Positions 18,004 through 28,643 of a stretch of DNA of 64,000 nucleotides are shown here, piece after piece. Every line of letters starts with the position of its first letter. Position 1 is the first letter of the stretch. Position numbers and translations under genes: made by a program. This DNA comes from Planctomycetota bacterium (lineage in GTDB: Bacteria; Planctomycetota; SZUA-567; H5-PLA8): the NCBI GenBank assembly GCA_038227875.1, contig JBBRPR010000036.1:21827-85826 (forward strand), given 5' to 3'. The notes under the pieces were generated by a model that searched no databases, was not told where the DNA came from, and worked only from the letters and a program-made list of their open reading frames with translations.

Positions 18004-21000
18004 TTACTCGCGGACCGGCTCGCCGTCGGCGGCGCGGCGGATGGCTCCCGCGAGCGCTTCGATGGCAAAGGGCTTCTGAATCAATTCTTGTGCACCGGCG
18101 TTGAGCATGTCGGTCACTGTCTTATCGGCACTGTATCCAGAAACCAGCACGATGGGAACAGCCGGGAGGCGTTTGCGCAGCTCGTCCAACAGCGGCAGAC
18201 CGGCGAGGCCGGGCATCATCACGTCCAGCAGCACAACCTGGGGCGTGATCTGCGGGCGGGCGTCGAGTAGCTTCAAGCTTACCACGCCGCCGGCGGCGGT
18301 GACGACGTCGTAGCCGAGATTTTCGAGCAGCTTGCGGACGGTCTCGCGCAAAATGGTATCGTCGTCGATGACCAGGATCGTCTCCTTGCCGCCCAGCGAG
18401 ACGGCACTGTTCATCGCCGAGGAACGGGCGACGGCCGGAAACGTGGCGGAGCTGCGGATAACATTGGACGATTTCTTGCGCGACTGGCGCATCGGCGCGG
18501 CGGGCAGACGGATGGCGAAGCGTGTGCCGGACCCCGGCTGACTGTAGACGTTGATCTGTCCGCCGTGGCTGCGCACGATGCCGAAGACGACAGACAGCCC
18601 CAGGCCGGTTCCTTTGCCGGGACCCTTGGTGGTGAAGAAGGGCTCGAAGAGATGCTGCTGCACGTCATCGGTCATGCCCGTGCCGTTGTCGCGGACTTCC
18701 AGCAGGATCGCGCCGGCGCTGGATTCCGAACCCGAACCGTGCGGGGGAGTGGCGGAAATCAGCAGCGTACCGCCGTGGGGCATCGCGTCGCGCGCGTTCA
18801 CACAAAGGTTGATCAGCACCTGCTGCAACTGCGTGGGGTCGCCGTAGACTTTTTCGAGAGTGCTCGAGATTTCCTGCACGACTTTGATGTTCGACGGCAA
18901 TGACGGCGCGAGGAGATCGATGGTTTCGCGAATCAGTGCTCCAAAGTCGACCGGCTGCGGCTGCAGCACGGATTTGCGCGCGAACGCCAGGAGCTTGGCG
19001 GTCAGGTCCGCGCCGCGCTGCGCGGCCGATTCGATGCGCACGAGACAGGTGTCGAAATTCTGCGCGGCCTGTGCGTCGGTGAGCGTGGGGCGCGTGAGTT
19101 CCGGGCCGAACGCGCCGCGCAGTTCCGAGCGCGCCAGCGTGCACTGGCCGATGATGCCGCCGAGCAGATTGTTGAAGTCGTGAGCCATGCCCCCGGCCAG
19201 CGCGCCGACGGATTCCATCTTCTGAGCCTGGAGCAACTGGGCTTCCAGCATGAGCTGATCGGTGATGTCGATGCCCAGGCAGACAAGGCCGTTGGGAGTG
19301 CCGTCGGAGCCGCGCAGGAAGCTGGAACTGAAGCGGATCTTGCGTTCGCGCCCATCGACGGTGGTCCAATTGAGCGTCATCTCGCTGCTGCAATCCTGCG
19401 TGCGGAAGGCGTTGGCGATGGCCGTGGCGATGCGGATCTGTTCGGACTGGCGCGGCGAGACGATGCGCGCCAGCGCTTCGCCGATGACCGCGTCGCGCTT
19501 CCAGCCGCTGATCCGTTCGGCGGCCGCGTTGAAACTTAAGACGTGACCGCGCGCATCGACGCTGAACATCATGGCATGGACGCCGTCGACGATCTCCTGC
19601 ACGCGCGCTTCCGAGAGCCGCAGCGCGCGGCCGAGTTCGTCGCGTTCCACCGCGGCAGCGGCCAGGCGCGCGATGTTGCCCAGGCACTGCAGGTCGCGCG
19701 GCAGGAAGCGGTGCGCCTTGGACTTCCACATACCCAGCACGCCAACGGGGCCGTGGGCGCCGGTCATCGGGACCAGCACCCCCGAGCAGACATTGGGAAT
19801 GCGTTCCAGCAGCATGGGGTGGACGCGCCGGTCGTTCTGCGCGTTCTCGATGATGATCGGCTGTCCCCGCTTGAAGGCCTGCGCGGTGACGCCGTCGAGC
19901 GCCAGCGGTACGCGCGTGTATTTCAGCTGCTCGCGGAACTGCGACGAGACGCCGCGGCTGATCAGCGCGTCGCCCTGCGCGGTGGCGAGCATGAAGCCGA
20001 CGCCGGTGGCCTGGAAATTCCGGTTGACCAGGTCGGCGATGCGTTCGAGCGTGCTTTCCAACGCCGGGTTTTCGACCAGCAGATGGCCGACTTCGTTGAG
20101 CAGGATCAGTTCGTCGGCGCGCTGGCAGGCTTCTTCGTAGAGCTTCGCACGTTCGATCGCGGCGGAGGCGAGCTGCGCGAGCTGTTCCATGCGGCGGATG
20201 TCATCAGCGCTGAAGTCACGGGGCGCGCTGTTGTTGGCCATCAGTACGCCAAAGCGATGTCCCGGCGGTCCCAGCGGCACGACGATGGCCGAGCCCGAAT
20301 TGAATTTCTCGTTCATCGCCTGATTCGCGCGCGGGTCCTTCAGCATGTCCGGCGAGACCAACGAACGGCCTTCCTTCAGACACAGCGCGGTGATGGATAT
20401 GGCATGAATGGAGATCCGCGCCGTCTTGATTTCCGGGTTGGGAATGGTCGATGCGCGCGATTGCAACGTCTGCGATTCGGGATCGTAGACGAATACCGTG
20501 GAGTATTCGGCGTTGATGATGCGGGGCACGCTCTGCACCAATTGTTCCAGCGTGCCGGCGGTATTGAGGTGCTGCGACAGCGAGCGGCCGATCTGATCGA
20601 GGATGCGCAGTTCTTCGGCCTGCTTGCGCGTGGTTTCGACCAGGCGCGCGCGGCGCAGTCCGGCGCCGGTCTGACGCGCGATTTCCTCAGCCAGGCCCGA
20701 TTCTTCCAGTCGCAGGTCTTCGCGGCCTTCAAAGGCCAGCACCAGCGCGCCGGGGGAAGGCTCGTCTTCCGCGGCCGGGGGCAGGGGGATGATCAGCGCC
20801 AGCGCCTCGCGCCAGCCGCCGGCCAGCACCTGCGAGCCTTCGCTTTCTTGGACGAAAATGCGGATCATCCGGTTCTCGCGGATGGCTTCACACAGTGCGC
20901 CTGTTTCTTCGCAGGGATGAACGAGGCCTCGAATTTCTGTCGCGTGGGGCGCGGAACTATCGATGCTGGCGCAGCGCAGCACGTCGATGGGCGGCGAGGC

Positions 21001-22701
21001 CGGGCCCTGCGCTTTGCTCAAACGAGTCTGGCTGCGCAGAAACACGGTCGCCGTCTGCGCACCCAGCAACCGGCGCGCGGTGGACGTGGCCACCGCCAGG
21101 ATCCGCTCCTCATCGTTTTCGGTGGCCAGTTCCTGGCTGAAGCGGTAGAGCCCGCCCAGTTCATTGGCGTAGTGGCGGGCCTGCGCGTGCGTCTCGGCGC
21201 GTTCCACGGCCGAACCGACGGCGCGGCCGATCAGGCGTAGCAGCCGCCGCTCTTCTTCTTCCGGATCGTACGACGTGTCGAAGAGCATCTGCACGACGCC
21301 CAGCGTGCCGTGTTCGCTGAGGATCGGCACGCAGACGGTCGCTTCCATTCCGTGGCTCTGATACTGCGCGCGCATCTCCGGATTGGGGACGACGGCATGC
21401 ATGTTTTCAGAGATCGAGACAATCGTCCCGGTCGTGAAGCATTCGCCGACCATCGGATCGTCCAGCGGCACGCGCGGGGGATGATCGAACTTCGCGGGCC
21501 GCAGGCTCACCTGCTGAACCAGGCGCAGGTACGACGCCTTGCGCGCGTTGGGGACATACACGGTCGTCTGCGCGGCATCGGCCAGTCGCGCCATGCTCTG
21601 CGCCATCTGTTGAAAGACCGATTCTGGTTCTAGACTGCGGCTGGCCGCTTCGGTGACCTGCTGTAGCGTGGCCAGCTGCAGATGGCGGTGGCGCAGGGCT
21701 TCAGTGCCGCGCTGGACTTCCGTCTGCAGTTCCTCCTGGTAGCGCTGGAACAGCAGCATCACCAGCGCCGCGCCGCCGCAGATGATGCCCAGCAGCAATG
21801 CCAGCAGCGCGCCGTCCCGGAAATCCGAGAGTCGCTGCAGCTTCAACAGATGCGCCTGCGCGGCAGGATCGAGCACCAATTGCTGGATCGAGCGGCTGAC
21901 GATCGCTTCCGTGGCCAGCGTCCAGATCACGCAGAAATCCACCGCAGTGGCCATGCAGAGCAGCAGCGTCGCCAGGTGCATGCGCGCTGTGGCGCGGTGC
22001 GCCGGCAGGCCGCTCAGGCTTGCGCGTTTTACGCGTTCGACCAGGGGGCCCAGCAGGAACGCCAGCGGCAGCGTGGCGATCAGATCGACGGCCATGTGCG
22101 AAAGCCAGTTGTGATCCCAGTTCGCAAGCATCTCCACCGACGGTACGTGCTGGGAGAACTGGTGGAGCAGCGTGATGCTCGCCGCCGTCACTGTGCCGCA
22201 GAAAATCGCGACGAAAAACAACCCCAGCGCGCTGGCGCGGCGCAAGGCGACGTCAAAGCGGTAGCCGCGCAGAATGACGCTGAGAATGGCAATGCCGCAA
22301 CCTTCGCTCAGGCCGTTCATACCCATGTTGGCGTGCGGCACGAGCAACCCGCTGGCGAGGATCAGCAAGACGGCGTATTTCCAGCCGGCGTGAATCGTCC
22401 ACAGCACCGCCAGAATCCACGGCGCGTTGGCGCAGATTTCACCGGCCAGATTGAGCAGCGTCGTGACGTCGTCGCTTTTTAAATAATGGTTGCCCAGCTG
22501 GCGGACGATAACTCCGAACACCAGCGAGAAGAGCCAGAGCCCGAAAACCACAACTGCGGCGCGTGGGGAGCCATGACGGCCAGACCATGGCGGAAACGGC
22601 AACGGACGCAGTCCGGGTTCATTCAGGAATCGGCGCGATGAGGTCGCATTCCGCTCGCCGGCAGAGACAGTTCCCGAAATGGATGAGGACGACTCCGACA
22701 C
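18004..22701 (-). CDS. Hybrid sensor histidine kinase (MASE1-like TM region, 4 GAF, PAS, HisKA, HATPase, REC)
   Basis: Multi-TM N-terminus; four GAF repeats; PAS 'SFNAAAERISGW'; AGGMAHDFNNLL; QVLINLCVNARDAM, DNGTGM, FEPFFTTK, GTGLGL; REC ILVIDDD/LLDVMMP/KPF. Confidence 0.93.
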   Translation of the reverse strand: MSESSSSISGTVSAGERNATSSRRFLNEPGLRPLPFPPWSGRHGSPRAAVVVFGLWLFSLVFGVIVRQLGNHYLKSDDVTTLLNLAGEICANAPWILAVLWTIHAGWKYAVLLILASGLLVPHANMGMNGLSEGCGIAILSVILRGYRFDVALRRASALGLFFVAIFCGTVTAASITLLHQFSQHVPSVEMLANWDHNWLSHMAVDLIATLPLAFLLGPLVERVKRASLSGLPAHRATARMHLATLLLCMATAVDFCVIWTLATEAIVSRSIQQLVLDPAAQAHLLKLQRLSDFRDGALLALLLGIICGGAALVMLLFQRYQEELQTEVQRGTEALRHRHLQLATLQQVTEAASRSLEPESVFQQMAQSMARLADAAQTTVYVPNARKASYLRLVQQVSLRPAKFDHPPRVPLDDPMVGECFTTGTIVSISENMHAVVPNPEMRAQYQSHGMEATVCVPILSEHGTLGVVQMLFDTSYDPEEEERRLLRLIGRAVGSAVERAETHAQARHYANELGGLYRFSQELATENDEERILAVATSTARRLLGAQTATVFLRSQTRLSKAQGPASPPIDVLRCASIDSSAPHATEIRGLVHPCEETGALCEAIRENRMIRIFVQESEGSQVLAGGWREALALIIPLPPAAEDEPSPGALVLAFEGREDLRLEESGLAEEIARQTGAGLRRARLVETTRKQAEELRILDQIGRSLSQHLNTAGTLEQLVQSVPRIINAEYSTVFVYDPESQTLQSRASTIPNPEIKTARISIHAISITALCLKEGRSLVSPDMLKDPRANQAMNEKFNSGSAIVVPLGPPGHRFGVLMANNSAPRDFSADDIRRMEQLAQLASAAIERAKLYEEACQRADELILLNEVGHLLVENPALESTLERIADLVNRNFQATGVGFMLATAQGDALISRGVSSQFREQLKYTRVPLALDGVTAQAFKRGQPIIIENAQNDRRVHPMLLERIPNVCSGVLVPMTGAHGPVGVLGMWKSKAHRFLPRDLQCLGNIARLAAAAVERDELGRALRLSEARVQEIVDGVHAMMFSVDARGHVLSFNAAAERISGWKRDAVIGEALARIVSPRQSEQIRIATAIANAFRTQDCSSEMTLNWTTVDGRERKIRFSSSFLRGSDGTPNGLVCLGIDITDQLMLEAQLLQAQKMESVGALAGGMAHDFNNLLGGIIGQCTLARSELRGAFGPELTRPTLTDAQAAQNFDTCLVRIESAAQRGADLTAKLLAFARKSVLQPQPVDFGALIRETIDLLAPSLPSNIKVVQEISSTLEKVYGDPTQLQQVLINLCVNARDAMPHGGTLLISATPPHGSGSESSAGAILLEVRDNGTGMTDDVQQHLFEPFFTTKGPGKGTGLGLSVVFGIVRSHGGQINVYSQPGSGTRFAIRLPAAPMRQSRKKSSNVIRSSATFPAVARSSAMNSAVSLGGKETILVIDDDTILRETVRKLLENLGYDVVTAAGGVVSLKLLDARPQITPQVVLLDVMMPGLAGLPLLDELRKRLPAVPIVLVSGYSADKTVTDMLNAGAQELIQKPFAIEALAGAIRRAADGEPVRE

Positions 22702-23032
22702 GGAATGGCTCCCCGGAAACGGCCAAAGGCGAAATGACCTGATAGTCTCTCAGTATTATAGGACGTGGGCAAGCATGCAGTGATTAAATTAATGTGAAGG
22801 GGGCCGAAAACATTCCAAAATAAGCGGCCCGCACTTGTCACCGGGCACGCCTTGGTTATCCTCGCATGTTCAATCTTCAACAGCGCACGTGTGCTTGATG
22901 CGGGTACCAGTTTCGCGACATCTGTTTTAGTAACTGTGACCGGAGGTTCAACTTGCGTGTAAAGATAAGCTTATGATGGGGCTGTTGGGGTGACAGTGCA
23001 GTTGGCAGTGAAGTGCAGTGGGGGGAGATAGA

Positions 23033-25885
23033 ATGCTTCACCAAGTTCGTCCAATTCCGGACTTCGCGTCCGGAACGGGGTGTCGTCTGCGCTCCAAATC
23101 GAACCTGCGCGTTCGGCTTTGGGTGCTGCTGGCGACGCTGACGCTGACGCTCTCCATTTTTCGGGCCGCTCGCGCTGAAGACGTGCCGGTTCCGGCCACG
23201 CCTGCTCCAGCACCCGGCAATTCCACCGTTCCTCCTGCAACCTCCGAGAGCAAAGCCGCGTCGGCTGATGCGCCGCCGCCGGCCGATCGCCCCAAGATTC
23301 GCCGCTGGCTGGATGAACCTGCTCCCGCCGCGCCTGCTCAAAACACCGCCCCCGACGCACCCCGCACGGAAACCGCCGGCGAAGCCGCTCCGCCGCAGTC
23401 GCTGACCGGTCCTGAACCGCTCGTCGCCACCGATCCGTTGCTGCAGCCGGAAGATCCCGCGATCGCCGAACGCCGCGCCGCGCTCCAGGCGGAGATCAAA
23501 GTCAAACTGCTGGAAGCCAAGCGCGCCTACAAGTCCGGCGATTTCGTGCGCGCTGAAAGTATCGCGCGCAACGTCATCTCCTGCGATCCGCGCAACACCG
23601 CCGCCGCCGAAATGCTCCGCAACGCCCGCGGCCGGATGCTCGACGCCGACGAAAAAGTCACCAACGTGGCCGGCGAACGCCGCGACCGCGAAGCACTGCT
23701 GGAAGCTGATGAACACGCCGTCCGCCCGCCGCCGCGCCTGTCGACCGTGCGCCCGCATTTGCAGCGCCGCGACGAAGACATCGAGTCCGCGCGCCGCAAG
23801 ACCATGTCGCAGAAACTCGAACAGCGCGTCAGCTTCGACTTCATGAAAGCCGACCTCGAGTGGGTGCTCAACTCGCTGTTTATTTTGACCGGCGTGAACA
23901 TCATCGCCGACCAGGCCGCGCTGGAAGGCAAGAGCCTCACGCTGCATGTCGAAGATCTGCCGCTGAAGGAAGTGCTCAACTTCATCGTCCGCAACAACAC
24001 CGGCATTCAATATTCCGTGACGGAAGACGCGGTCTGGATCACGGCGACGGAAAAAGACGACCTCAAGAACATCATGTTCCCGAAGGTCTATCCGCTCCAT
24101 CACGGACTGGTCAGTTCCGAAGGCGGCAGCGGCGCGGGCACGGGGCAGCGCTCGGGTTCCACCGGCCGCGGCGGTAGTTCCGGCGGCGGCGGTGGAGGTG
24201 GCGGTGGCCGCCGTGGCGGTGGCGGAGCAGGCGGCGGCGGAGCCGGTGGCAACAAGGCCGGCGGCAAGCAGGGCGAAGAACCGACCTACATCGAAACCGT
24301 CTTGAAGTGGATGAAAGACGTCAAGGACGCCCACGTTTTCCCGGAAGGCTCCGACTACCTGATCGACCGCCAGTCCAATCAGCTCGTGGTCTTCACCACG
24401 CCGGCGGGACACGAACGCATTTCGCAGTTCCTCGACTTCTTCGATCAGCCGGCGATCCAGGTGCTGATCAAGAGCCGCTTCCTCAAGATCGACGCGACCA
24501 ACGAAAAGTCGCTCGGCGCCAATCTCGACCGCTTGAACACCCGCATCCTCAACATCGATACCACTGGCGGCACCGACACGTCCACATCGACGGGCACGGG
24601 GGTCACCGACTTCCCCCCCGGCGGACAGAACAACCCGACCAAGCGCTTTGGTTACACTGGCGGCACTGGCCCGCTCAATTTCCCCGGAACGCTCGGACCG
24701 GGCAACGTGCTGACGCTGATCGGCCGCCGCACGGATCCGCAGTTCCAGATTACCCTGGCGGCGCTGCTCAACAGCAGCTTCACGAAAGTGCTCTCCGAAC
24801 CGCAGGTGCTGGCGATCAACAACAAGCAGGCCGTGATCGACATCTCCACGCAGTTCTCGTACATCACCGACCTCCGCCCGGTGCAGTCGACCACGGCGGT
24901 CGGCAATGGTACGGCGGTGCAGAACGTCTCGGCGTTCATTCCGGAATTCGACACGGAAGAAATCGGCTTCACGCTCACGGTCACACCGTCCGTCGGCCGC
25001 GATTTGAAGACGATCAATCTCCATCTCGAACCGATCATCGACTCGCTCTCCGCCGGTCAGCAGATCCAGGACTTCCAGACGTTTGACCTGGGCACCAGCA
25101 ACACCACGCAGCCGGCCGTGCGCCGCCCGACCATCGACCAGACGCAGGTCGTCACCGACGTGGTGCTGGAAGACAACGGTTACGTAATCCTCGGCGGGTT
25201 GCTCCAGAGCCGCAAAGACATCGTTGAACGCAAAGTTCCGGGGCTGCACAAGATCCCGGTGCTGGGCAACCTCTTCACCTCGAAGAGTACCAATACCACG
25301 CGCAGCAATCTGTTGATCATCGTCGAAGCGCAGATCATTGCGCCCAGCGGCCGGACGTATTTCTCCGAACCGGCGCCCGACGACGTCAACCCGCGTGAAG
25401 GTGGTTCCAACCACCCGCCGATGCAGGTTTCCGACGCGGTGCGCCCGGGCAACGTGAACCAGGCGCTGGGTGTCGCTCCACGCCAGATCACGCCGCCGCT
25501 GGTTTCACCGGCCGATCCACGCCAGGCGCCGGATGCCCGCAGGACCCCCAATGTACCCGCGACGCCGCGCAGTGCTCCGGCCGTGGCGGAGACGCCGTCA
25601 AAGCCCATCGTCATTCCGTCGCCGCCGTCGCGATCGGTGGTCAACGCTCCACCGGTGGCCGCGCCGAAGAATGCGTCAATCCGCGAGCAAATGGAAATCC
25701 TGGCGAAGACCACGCACACCACCGCGTCGCTGCGCGTGTCGCCCAACGACTGGGTCGTTTCGGAAGAGGAAGGCGTCGCTGCGGACAAACCTGCCGATGA
25801 CAAGTCGGCACAGCCGGCTCCGGCGGCTCCGTCAGCTCAGGATCGCGGCGCGACGCGCGGTGAAGTCATTCAGCCGGACAAGTAA
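23033..25885 (+). CDS. Type II/IV secretin (GspD/PilQ-like) with N- and C-terminal Pro-rich extensions
   Basis: Signal peptide; STN-like 'LEQRVSFDF...LPLKEVLNFI'; secretin core KVLSEPQVLAINNKQAVI, IGFTLTVTP, VILGGL, KVPGLHKIPVLGNLF. Start at 23018 (GTG) or 23033 (ATG). Confidence 0.9.
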   Translation: MLHQVRPIPDFASGTGCRLRSKSNLRVRLWVLLATLTLTLSIFRAARAEDVPVPATPAPAPGNSTVPPATSESKAASADAPPPADRPKIRRWLDEPAPAAPAQNTAPDAPRTETAGEAAPPQSLTGPEPLVATDPLLQPEDPAIAERRAALQAEIKVKLLEAKRAYKSGDFVRAESIARNVISCDPRNTAAAEMLRNARGRMLDADEKVTNVAGERRDREALLEADEHAVRPPPRLSTVRPHLQRRDEDIESARRKTMSQKLEQRVSFDFMKADLEWVLNSLFILTGVNIIADQAALEGKSLTLHVEDLPLKEVLNFIVRNNTGIQYSVTEDAVWITATEKDDLKNIMFPKVYPLHHGLVSSEGGSGAGTGQRSGSTGRGGSSGGGGGGGGGRRGGGGAGGGGAGGNKAGGKQGEEPTYIETVLKWMKDVKDAHVFPEGSDYLIDRQSNQLVVFTTPAGHERISQFLDFFDQPAIQVLIKSRFLKIDATNEKSLGANLDRLNTRILNIDTTGGTDTSTSTGTGVTDFPPGGQNNPTKRFGYTGGTGPLNFPGTLGPGNVLTLIGRRTDPQFQITLAALLNSSFTKVLSEPQVLAINNKQAVIDISTQFSYITDLRPVQSTTAVGNGTAVQNVSAFIPEFDTEEIGFTLTVTPSVGRDLKTINLHLEPIIDSLSAGQQIQDFQTFDLGTSNTTQPAVRRPTIDQTQVVTDVVLEDNGYVILGGLLQSRKDIVERKVPGLHKIPVLGNLFTSKSTNTTRSNLLIIVEAQIIAPSGRTYFSEPAPDDVNPREGGSNHPPMQVSDAVRPGNVNQALGVAPRQITPPLVSPADPRQAPDARRTPNVPATPRSAPAVAETPSKPIVIPSPPSRSVVNAPPVAAPKNASIREQMEILAKTTHTTASLRVSPNDWVVSEEEGVAADKPADDKSAQPAPAAPSAQDRGATRGEVIQPDK

Positions 25886-25910
25886 CGCCGAAAAAAGAAG
25901 TCGGCGTTAC
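25882..25910 (+). terminator. 10-bp stem-loop between secretin and pilM (weak terminator or mRNA stabiliser)
   Basis: GTAACGCCGA-N9-TCGGCGTTAC; no U tract. Confidence 0.4.
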
Positions 25911-26016
25911 CGCACTCGGAGCGGTCATTTTCAGTAACTTACCACGCCCCTCATCGGTTATATTCTCCTGTACCCTGAGTCGTTGAGACGGGGTGAAACG
26001 CGGAGCTGAAAACACA

Positions 26017-28599
26017 GTGTCCACCTTAGCCGGCATCGATATCGGATCTGAAGCGATCAAGGGCGTCGTGCTCAACATCGCCAAGAGCGGCAAGACGGAA
26101 ATCGTCGCCGCCGGCACGATGCCAATCAGCGATCTGGCTCACATGGAGGACAGCCCCGACAAGGTGCTGGCCCTCGGCGTGAAGCTTAAAGAGCTGGTCA
26201 AGGGCGCGCGGCTTAACGGTTCGGTCCGGCGCCTGGGTGTCAGCGGCAAGAACACCGGCATCCGCTACCTGCAGGTTCCGCCCGTGCCGCCGTGGCGCCT
26301 GGACATGCTGGTGAAGTATGAAGTCGAAGAAAAGAGCGGAGAAAAAGAACCCACCGCCTACGACTATCATATTCTCGGCGTTCCGGAAGTCGGCGGACAG
26401 TACACCGTCATGATCGGGACGTGCCGTGAAGCGACGTCACAGGAACTGCTGCAGGTCGGAAAGTCCGCCGGACTGGGCGAAGTCGAAATCGACCTCGAAG
26501 TCCTTGCGCTCTACAACGCCTACTACCACGGCCACGGCTACGACGCCGACAAGACCGTGTTGATCGCCGACATCGGCGCCGACGACATGACCGTGCTGCT
26601 CTGCCGCAACGGCGTGCTTTGGTACGCGCGCACGATCCTGGGCGGCGGCCGGCGCTTCTCGCAGGTTCTCGCCGACGAGCTGAAAATCGAATTGCCCGAA
26701 GCCGACGAACTGAAAAAGACGCAGGCGGAAATCTCCTTCGATCTCGCACCCGTGGCCACGACCCGCGTCGGCATTCCCAAGCGCTTTGGTGCGGCCAGCC
26801 TTTCGGCGCGCGGCGCGACGGGCATTATCCCCAAGCCGGGAACTCCGGAACGCTCGGGCGTGATCAAGCTTGATCCCTCCGCGTCGTCCACGAACCCTGC
26901 GCCGGCTGGAGCAGGAATCACTCCGGCCAACTCCACGCTTATCACGCTGAAGTCCAACGATCTGGGGACCTCCGGCGCGCCGACCGAATTGCTCGACCGC
27001 GAGCAGATCAAGAATGCGATCGCCGCCGCGAAGGCCAATCCGCCCGCTGCCGCCGCGCCCACGACCCCGGATTTGCCCGGCTCCGAAGATCTGTTTGTCA
27101 TGGATCTTCCGCCCAGTCTCGAATCGCTGACGCCCGCCGGCCCGGTCACGCCGCCGGTAGCCGCAACACCTGCGTCTACTCCCGCGTCCGCCTCCGCAGC
27201 TCCCGTGTCCGAACCGTCCTCATCGCTGGGCGACGACACGATGATGTCCATTCCGTCGCTCGATGAACTCGCACTGATGTCGACCACGCCGGCGACGGCG
27301 GGTTCGCCGGCTGCTCCTGCGGCGGCCAGCGCCGCCGCACCGGGCGCGTCGGCTCCAACAACATTGCCCGGCGCGTCCGTCTCAACGCCCGCGGCCGGCG
27401 GCGATGTTCCGCTTGATGAAAAACGCAAGAAGCAGATGTCCGCAGCGCTGGTCCGCGAAGCCGCGCAAGTTTGTGCCGCACTGGAAAACGCGGTGCTCTT
27501 CACCAAGCAGCAGACCAAGCTGCGCGAACTGAAGATCGACCGCGTCTACCTCACCGGCGGCGGCAGCAAGCTCAAGGGCCTGCAGGAATTCATGGGCCGC
27601 CGCATGCGCATGGAAGTGGTTCCGCTGGAACCGCTGCGCCAGGTTTCCACCGACCGCTTGCCGGCCGATCAGGCCGCCGCCTTGAAGAACGATCAGCACA
27701 CCATGTCCACGGCGATTGGATTGGCGCTTTCGCATCAGCCTGGCACGTTCTCATTCCAGCTCTGGCCGGCGATACTGGAGCAGCGCAAGATTTTCTGGTC
27801 TCGCGGCGCGTACCTTTATTACGCCGTCGCCATGGTGGCCGTGGCCATCCTCCTGTTCGTCTTCACGCCGTATCGCAATGCGCTGGCGCTGGCGGCCAAC
27901 AACGATGCGGCGACCCAGGCCGTGGCGCGAGCTCAGGAAGAGACCAAAAAAATTGGCGCGCTCAAGACCGACTACGACGAAAATGTGCAGCGCCTCAAGC
28001 AGATCGATGAAAACATTCAGTCCGGCGACAAGTTCCTCAATATTCTCGCCGAGCTCAAGAGCCGCGATTCCAACGAACAGAAAGGCCGCATCAGCGACGA
28101 CATCTACATCACGTCGATCTCGACCCATGTGCCGAAATTTCTAATCACGCTCTATGGGGCCGCCAATGGCGGCACGGCACCAAAAGGCCCGGGATCCGGA
28201 CTCGGCACCGCCGCTCAAAATTCCGCCAACAGCAGCAATGGCGCTCCAGACACGTTCCAGGCGCAGCGCCGCATTTACATCCGCGGGTTCGTCAGCGGTC
28301 CCAAGCAGACCGAACTGGTCAGCAAGGTTCGCGCGTTCTGGAAGAATCTCGTCCCTCACGAAGATCAACCTGAGCACGCCGACAATCTGTTCAAGGACGT
28401 CTTTGACATCTGGTACGGGCGCCCGCAGCAGTCCGGCAGCAACTATCTGCTGGAGTTCGTGCTGGAAGTGTACACGGAAGGTACGCGCGAAGAGGCCGCC
28501 CCGGCGGCTCCAACCAAGGGCACCGGGCGGGGTGGACGCCCGCGCATGCAGGGGACTCCCACGGGAGCCACGACCACACAGAAGCCGATTTCGGATTGA
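26017..28599 (+). CDS. pilM: PilM (actin-like) fused to a PilN-like TM/periplasmic domain, with a long low-complexity insertion
   Basis: GIDIGSEAIK, IADIGA, VYLTGGGSKLKGL, STAIGLAL; then FQLWP (equivalent of the PilN INLLP motif), a TM helix and a coiled coil. GTG at 26017 follows GGAG. Confidence 0.85.
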   Translation: MSTLAGIDIGSEAIKGVVLNIAKSGKTEIVAAGTMPISDLAHMEDSPDKVLALGVKLKELVKGARLNGSVRRLGVSGKNTGIRYLQVPPVPPWRLDMLVKYEVEEKSGEKEPTAYDYHILGVPEVGGQYTVMIGTCREATSQELLQVGKSAGLGEVEIDLEVLALYNAYYHGHGYDADKTVLIADIGADDMTVLLCRNGVLWYARTILGGGRRFSQVLADELKIELPEADELKKTQAEISFDLAPVATTRVGIPKRFGAASLSARGATGIIPKPGTPERSGVIKLDPSASSTNPAPAGAGITPANSTLITLKSNDLGTSGAPTELLDREQIKNAIAAAKANPPAAAAPTTPDLPGSEDLFVMDLPPSLESLTPAGPVTPPVAATPASTPASASAAPVSEPSSSLGDDTMMSIPSLDELALMSTTPATAGSPAAPAAASAAAPGASAPTTLPGASVSTPAAGGDVPLDEKRKKQMSAALVREAAQVCAALENAVLFTKQQTKLRELKIDRVYLTGGGSKLKGLQEFMGRRMRMEVVPLEPLRQVSTDRLPADQAAALKNDQHTMSTAIGLALSHQPGTFSFQLWPAILEQRKIFWSRGAYLYYAVAMVAVAILLFVFTPYRNALALAANNDAATQAVARAQEETKKIGALKTDYDENVQRLKQIDENIQSGDKFLNILAELKSRDSNEQKGRISDDIYITSISTHVPKFLITLYGAANGGTAPKGPGSGLGTAAQNSANSSNGAPDTFQAQRRIYIRGFVSGPKQTELVSKVRAFWKNLVPHEDQPEHADNLFKDVFDIWYGRPQQSGSNYLLEFVLEVYTEGTREEAAPAAPTKGTGRGGRPRMQGTPTGATTTQKPISD

Positions 28600-28643
28600 T
28601 CGTCAGCACCCAGTAAAGTGTGTAAGACCGGAGCACGACCGCC

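Noticed and set aside
24120..24270. GGC-rich run in the secretin gene as a possible contingency repeat
   Set aside because: Encodes the Gly-rich loop commonly found in secretin N-domains; triplet-based and degenerate.
22877..25414. 845-aa minus-strand ORF (likewise 7727-9511 +, 15610-17286 +, 19543-21240 +, 37715-39658 -, 56023-58437 -)
   Set aside because: Antisense shadows of well-supported genes, expected in high-GC coding DNA; no recognisable motifs.
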